Below are positions 60,115 to 64,000 of a stretch of DNA of 64,000 bases, piece by piece. The stretch covers positions 1,952,001-2,016,000 of the forward strand of contig OZ241322.1 in the NCBI GenBank assembly GCA_965199715.1. The letters run 5' to 3'. Numbering within the stretch: the stretch's first letter is position 1; each line of letters begins with the position of its first letter. The notes below the pieces were generated by a model. That model worked only from the letters and a program-made list of their open reading frames with translations, was not told where the DNA came from and did no database searches. Both the position numbers and the translations under genes were made by a program. This DNA comes from Vicinamibacteria bacterium (GTDB lineage: Bacteria; Acidobacteriota; Vicinamibacteria; Marinacidobacterales; Marinacidobacteraceae).

Positions 60115-61826
60115 GGGTCGGCGCGGTGCCGGATCTCGCCGCCGACGATGGTCATCCACGCGGTCGTCCCCGGGATCTCGTCCTCGGGGACGGTCAGGAC
60201 GTCCCGCGTGAGCACCGTGACGTCGGCGTACTTCCCCGGAGTCAGGCTTCCCTTGACGTCCTCCTCGAACGCGGCGAAGGCCCCCGCCATCGTGTAGGAA
60301 TAGAGCGCCTCCTCCCGCGTGAGCGCCTCCTCCGGATAGAAGCGGCTTCCGTCGGGAAGCTGCCGGGCGACCGTCGCGTGGAAGCTCGGGATCGGGTCGA
60401 GGTCCTCCACCGGCGCGTCGGTCCCGTTCGTGACCACGGCGCCCGTGTCGAGGAGCGTCCGCCAGACGTATGCGCCGGCCTCCGCCCGCCCGTCCCCGAG
60501 CTTCTCCGGAACCCACGGGCCGTCCGAAGTGGCGTGCACCGCCTGCATCGAGGCGATCACGCCCAGCTCGCCGAAGCGCGGGACGTCGTCGGGATGCAGG
60601 TGCTGCGCATGCTCGATCCGGAAGCGCAGGTCGCGCCCCTCGACCCCGGCTTCCTCGAAGGCCCGCTGGTAGAGGTCGAGCACCTCCCGGTTCCCGCGGT
60701 CGCCGATCGCGTGGGTGTTCACCTGATAGCCGTGGCGGATGGCGATCCGCGCCGTCTCCTCGATGTCTCCGACTTCCTCGAGCACGAGCCCCACGCTCTC
60801 GGGCATGTCGTCGTAAGGCTCGAGCAGCCACGCCCCGTGCGCTCCGAGCGCGCCGTCCACCTGTCGCTTGATGGAGCGCACGGTGAGATGGCCGTCCGCG
60901 TGGTTCGTCATCAGGTACTCCGGCAGGCGCCGATCCATCTCCTCATTGGACTCGCCCCGCACCATGACGTAGAGCCGGATCGGCAGCCGCCCGGCCTCCG
61001 CCATGTCGCGGAAGAAGTCGATGAGCGCGAAACTGGATCCCGCGTCCTGAAAGCTCGTGATCCCCTTGCGCAGCGACTCCTCGGCGGCGAGCTCGAGCTG
61101 AAGCTCCATCCTGGCGCGGATCTCTTCCTCGCTGCGCTCTGACAGCACCACGTCCCGGGCGCGGGCCACGAGGCGCTGCGCGGTCTCGCGGAGCGCGCCG
61201 GTGGGGTTGCCCTCCGCATCCTTCACGATCGTGCCGCCCGGCGGGTCCGGCGTATCCCGGTCGATCCCGGCGAGCTCCATGGCGAGCGCGTTCGCGAACG
61301 CGGCGTGGCCGCTCGCGTGCCGGAGCAGCACCGGGTGCTCGGGCGAAATCTCCGAAAGCCCCAGATGGTGGGGGAGGCCCTCCACCGCCCCGCCGGGGGC
61401 TTCGTTCCACTTTTCCTGATGCCAGCCGCGTCCCTCGATCCACGTCCCCGGCGGGGCGTCCGCGACCGCCTCGGCCACCATGTCCACGATCCGGTTCCAG
61501 TTCTCGACCTCGCCCAGCTTCAGGATGAGCTGCGCGTCGCCCACGCCCATGAAGTGGCCGTGGCTCTCGATGAATCCCGGGATCGCGAGCCGTCCCCCCA
61601 GATCCACGACTTCGGTGTCCGGTCCGACGTGATCGCGGATGGCCCGGTCGGTCCCCACGGCGACGATCCGGCCGTTCCGCGCGGCGAGCGCCTCGCCTTC
61701 CGGTTGATCCGGGTCCATCGTGACCACCCGTCCCGAGAGCAACACCAGGTCCGCCGGCTCCGGCGCCGGGCCGGAGCACGCCGTTACCGCGAGACCGGAG
61801 AGAAGCAGCAGCACTCGTTGGAACAT
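60111..61826 (-). CDS. Amidohydrolase_3 (YtcJ-like) lipoprotein
   Basis: GGAGG SD; AVTAC; PGFIESHGH, DGALGAHGA, THAIGDRGN, RIEHAQ, GTDAPV, GSLTPGKYAD. Confidence 0.9.
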   Translation of the reverse strand: MFQRVLLLLSGLAVTACSGPAPEPADLVLLSGRVVTMDPDQPEGEALAARNGRIVAVGTDRAIRDHVGPDTEVVDLGGRLAIPGFIESHGHFMGVGDAQLILKLGEVENWNRIVDMVAEAVADAPPGTWIEGRGWHQEKWNEAPGGAVEGLPHHLGLSEISPEHPVLLRHASGHAAFANALAMELAGIDRDTPDPPGGTIVKDAEGNPTGALRETAQRLVARARDVVLSERSEEEIRARMELQLELAAEESLRKGITSFQDAGSSFALIDFFRDMAEAGRLPIRLYVMVRGESNEEMDRRLPEYLMTNHADGHLTVRSIKRQVDGALGAHGAWLLEPYDDMPESVGLVLEEVGDIEETARIAIRHGYQVNTHAIGDRGNREVLDLYQRAFEEAGVEGRDLRFRIEHAQHLHPDDVPRFGELGVIASMQAVHATSDGPWVPEKLGDGRAEAGAYVWRTLLDTGAVVTNGTDAPVEDLDPIPSFHATVARQLPDGSRFYPEEALTREEALYSYTMAGAFAAFEEDVKGSLTPGKYADVTVLTRDVLTVPEDEIPGTTAWMTIVGGEIRHRADP

Positions 61827-61869
61827 GGCGGACCTCCGGGAAGGCAGGGTAGCGCGGTATGTTGGGGGC

Positions 61870-63687
61870 ATGTGGCCCCGGATTCTCGTCGTCATTCTGC
61901 TGCTGGTTCCCGCGGCCGGACGCGCTCAATGGTTCCCCGAGCCCGACCTCGTGCTGCACGGTGCGGAGTTCCGTACGGTGGACGAGAGTAATGCGCTCGC
62001 CCGGGCGCTCGCCATCAAGGACGGCCGAATCGTGGCCGTCGGGACCGCCGCCGACGTGCGCGCGCTTGAGGGGCCGAACACCCGCGTCGTCGATCTGACC
62101 GGGCGGACCGTGATCCCGGGCCTTCAGGACTCGCACATCCATTTCCTTCCGCTCGGCCGGGACATCACGAGCGGGGTGGAGCTCAGCTTCGCCGAGTCCG
62201 CCGCGGACATCGTGGCCGGCGTCCGGGACCGAATCGAGGCGAACGCCGTCCCGCCCGGCGAGTGGGTCGTCGGCCGGCGATGGGACCAGTTCAAGTACCC
62301 GCAGATGGTCACCCGGTGGGAACTCGACGCCGTGGCGCCGGAGCATCCGGTCGCGCTCAATCGGGTGTACCGGGGAGTGGCCGTGAACACCGAGGTCTTC
62401 CGCCGCATGGGAATCGACGACGGTGACCCGTCGACGTGGCCCGCGTGGTGGCTTGAGGATCCGGACGACTTCACGTTCGAGGATCAGATCCTCCGGCTCC
62501 CGAGACAGGTCGTCATCGCCGGCGAGACCGTGACCCGGGAGATTCCGACCGGAGTGTTCCTCGGGGCCCGCGCCTCCCGGCTCGTCACCGAGCGGCCGCC
62601 GCCGGCCGTCTTCGACGACGAAGTGGAGAGCGTGCGCCTCGGCGTCGCGGAAATGCTCGCGCTCGGCGTGACCGCGATCGTGGATCCGTCGTCCCGGATG
62701 GGCCACCACATGCGGGTCTATCAGGAGGCCGCGAATCGGGGCCACGTCAGGTTGCGCATCGCCGCCGTGTACGAGGGAACCTTCAACGCCCACTCGACGG
62801 AGTTCCTCGACGACCACCTCGGGGGGATCCAGATCAACAACCTTGGGGACCGGTTTCTCCGCTGGCGCGGGGCGAAGATCTACGGGGACGGCGGGGTCGG
62901 CACCCGCAGCGCGTGGATGTCCGAGCCGTTCCATATGTGGGACGAGCTGGAAGGGGAGGAGAACCTCGGGAACCCGGTCGTGCGGAGCTACCCCGAGCGC
63001 GAGGCGCAGTACCGCATGATCACCAGCCACGGCTGGGACCTCCACACCCACAGTTGCGGGGACATGGCGATGCGGCAGACGGTCGATCTGTACATGAAGC
63101 TGCTGGACGAGATGGCGAGTGGCGGCGACCCGCCCGACCTCCGCTGGAGCGTCATCCACGCCTACTTCCCGATCGAGCCCAGGACGATGGTGCTCGAGGA
63201 CATGGCCCGCTACGGGATCGTCGCCGCCACGAACCCGGTGTTCAACTGGCAGCAGGGTTTCTCGTTCGCAACCAACGCCGGGCCGGAGCGCATGGCGCGG
63301 CTCCAGCCGTTCCGCACCTACATGCGCAACGGCGTCGTCATGGCGTCCGGTTCGGACTACGGAGTGACCACTCACAACCCGTGGATGGGGTTCTATGCGC
63401 TCCTCACCCGACGGGACCAGAAGTCGGGCGTCGTCTGGGGCGAGGACGAGACCGTGACGATCGCCGAGGCGCTGCGCTCGTACACGATCAACGGCGCATG
63501 GCTGACCCACGACGACCGGGAGCGGGGCAGCCTCGAACCCGGCAAGCTCGCGGATCTCGTCGTGCTCGACCTTCCCGGGCTCGACCGGCTTGGGGAGGAT
63601 CCGGAACTCCTCTTCGGGATGCGCGAGCGGGTTCTCGCAACGTTGGTGGAGGGCGAGGTCGTCCACGGACGGCTGCCGGGCGAATAG
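61870..63687 (+). CDS. Amidohydrolase_3 (YtcJ-like) secreted protein
   Basis: PGLQDSHIH, DGGVGTRSA, THSCGD, SVIHA, GSDY, YTINGA, GSLEPGKLAD. Confidence 0.9.
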   Translation: MWPRILVVILLLVPAAGRAQWFPEPDLVLHGAEFRTVDESNALARALAIKDGRIVAVGTAADVRALEGPNTRVVDLTGRTVIPGLQDSHIHFLPLGRDITSGVELSFAESAADIVAGVRDRIEANAVPPGEWVVGRRWDQFKYPQMVTRWELDAVAPEHPVALNRVYRGVAVNTEVFRRMGIDDGDPSTWPAWWLEDPDDFTFEDQILRLPRQVVIAGETVTREIPTGVFLGARASRLVTERPPPAVFDDEVESVRLGVAEMLALGVTAIVDPSSRMGHHMRVYQEAANRGHVRLRIAAVYEGTFNAHSTEFLDDHLGGIQINNLGDRFLRWRGAKIYGDGGVGTRSAWMSEPFHMWDELEGEENLGNPVVRSYPEREAQYRMITSHGWDLHTHSCGDMAMRQTVDLYMKLLDEMASGGDPPDLRWSVIHAYFPIEPRTMVLEDMARYGIVAATNPVFNWQQGFSFATNAGPERMARLQPFRTYMRNGVVMASGSDYGVTTHNPWMGFYALLTRRDQKSGVVWGEDETVTIAEALRSYTINGAWLTHDDRERGSLEPGKLADLVVLDLPGLDRLGEDPELLFGMRERVLATLVEGEVVHGRLPGE

Positions 63688-63690
63688 CGG

Positions 63691-63719
63691 TTGACTTCGG
63701 CGCGACCAGCCGGTACAAC
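63691..63719 (+). promoter_or_regulatory. Sigma70-type promoter (TTGACT-N17-TACAAC)
   Basis: -35 TTGACT at 63691-63696, 17-bp spacer, -10 TACAAC at 63714-63719. Confidence 0.55.
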
Positions 63720-63909
63720 CGCATTGTCCACTCGATTCGGAAAGGGGGTCGGAAATGACAGCACCGCCGGACGACGTTTCCGGCCGGACCCCGGCGGTCC
63801 CGCGGGCCTGAAAGGGCTTCCGGGCCGTTCGGGATCCGGCGCCGCTGACGAGTCCCGGAATCCCGACCACCAGAGACGGGCGGCAGCTTCCCCTGCGGAT
63901 CGCGCCGCC

Positions 63910-64000
63910 ATGAGGCCGAGATGGTCTCCAAGGGGTTCCGGGGCTTTTTTCTTGCTCGCGCTGGCTCTGACCGGTTGCGACGCCCGCCTCCACCTCTACA
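63910..64000 (+). CDS. Putative lipoprotein, N-terminal fragment (runs off window)
   Basis: MRPRWSPRGSGAFFLLALALTGCDARLHLY..., lipobox LTGC. Confidence 0.55.
   Translation, partial: MRPRWSPRGSGAFFLLALALTGCDARLHLY

Noticed and set aside
63840-63890. Hammerhead-ribozyme-like CTGACGA-GTC...GAC
   Set aside because: The required GAAA after stem II is absent (GGGC instead) and no stem III/cleavage triplet is evident.
63925-63953. T-run (GGGGCTTTTTTCTT) resembling an intrinsic terminator
   Set aside because: No convincing hairpin, and it lies within the lipoprotein signal-peptide coding sequence (AFFLL).

Overview
GC-rich bacterial chromosomal window, densely coding (about 55 genes). I found no rRNA, tRNA, CRISPR array, intact transposase or phage gene. 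The many secreted hydrolases, beta-propeller, TPR, NHL and DUF885 proteins would fit an Acidobacteriota-like heterotroph, but that is inference only. Main blocks in order: the 3' end of mnmA; a tightly coupled 10-gene minus-strand operon (DUF3014, ubiquitin-like MoaD/ThiS, BNR propeller, 59-aa membrane protein, msrB, TauE, metX, metY, CoA-binding protein, PmtA-like methyltransferase); a MoxR-DUF58-vWA module followed by gltX; tkt and a fused B12 radical SAM gene; trkA/trkH and acs; ctaA/ctaB with a TonB heme receptor; soxC/soxD-like genes, glnS and ggt; the rubrerythrin/Fe-S oxidoreductase/DUF3501 cluster; a histidine kinase with a REC-PP2C regulator; and several amidases/amidohydrolases. The most notable signals missing from the ORF track are: (1) an ArsC-like candidate selenoprotein gene at 17296-17646 with an in-frame UGA in a UxxC motif and a SECIS-like hairpin right after it; (2) -10-like hexamers 6-9 nt upstream of many start codons, suggesting widespread leaderless mRNAs; (3) a ubiquitin-like protein plus beta-propeller pair co-transcribed with methionine/sulfur genes; (4) a 59-aa membrane microprotein. 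All family calls come from motif recognition by eye, not from database searches.
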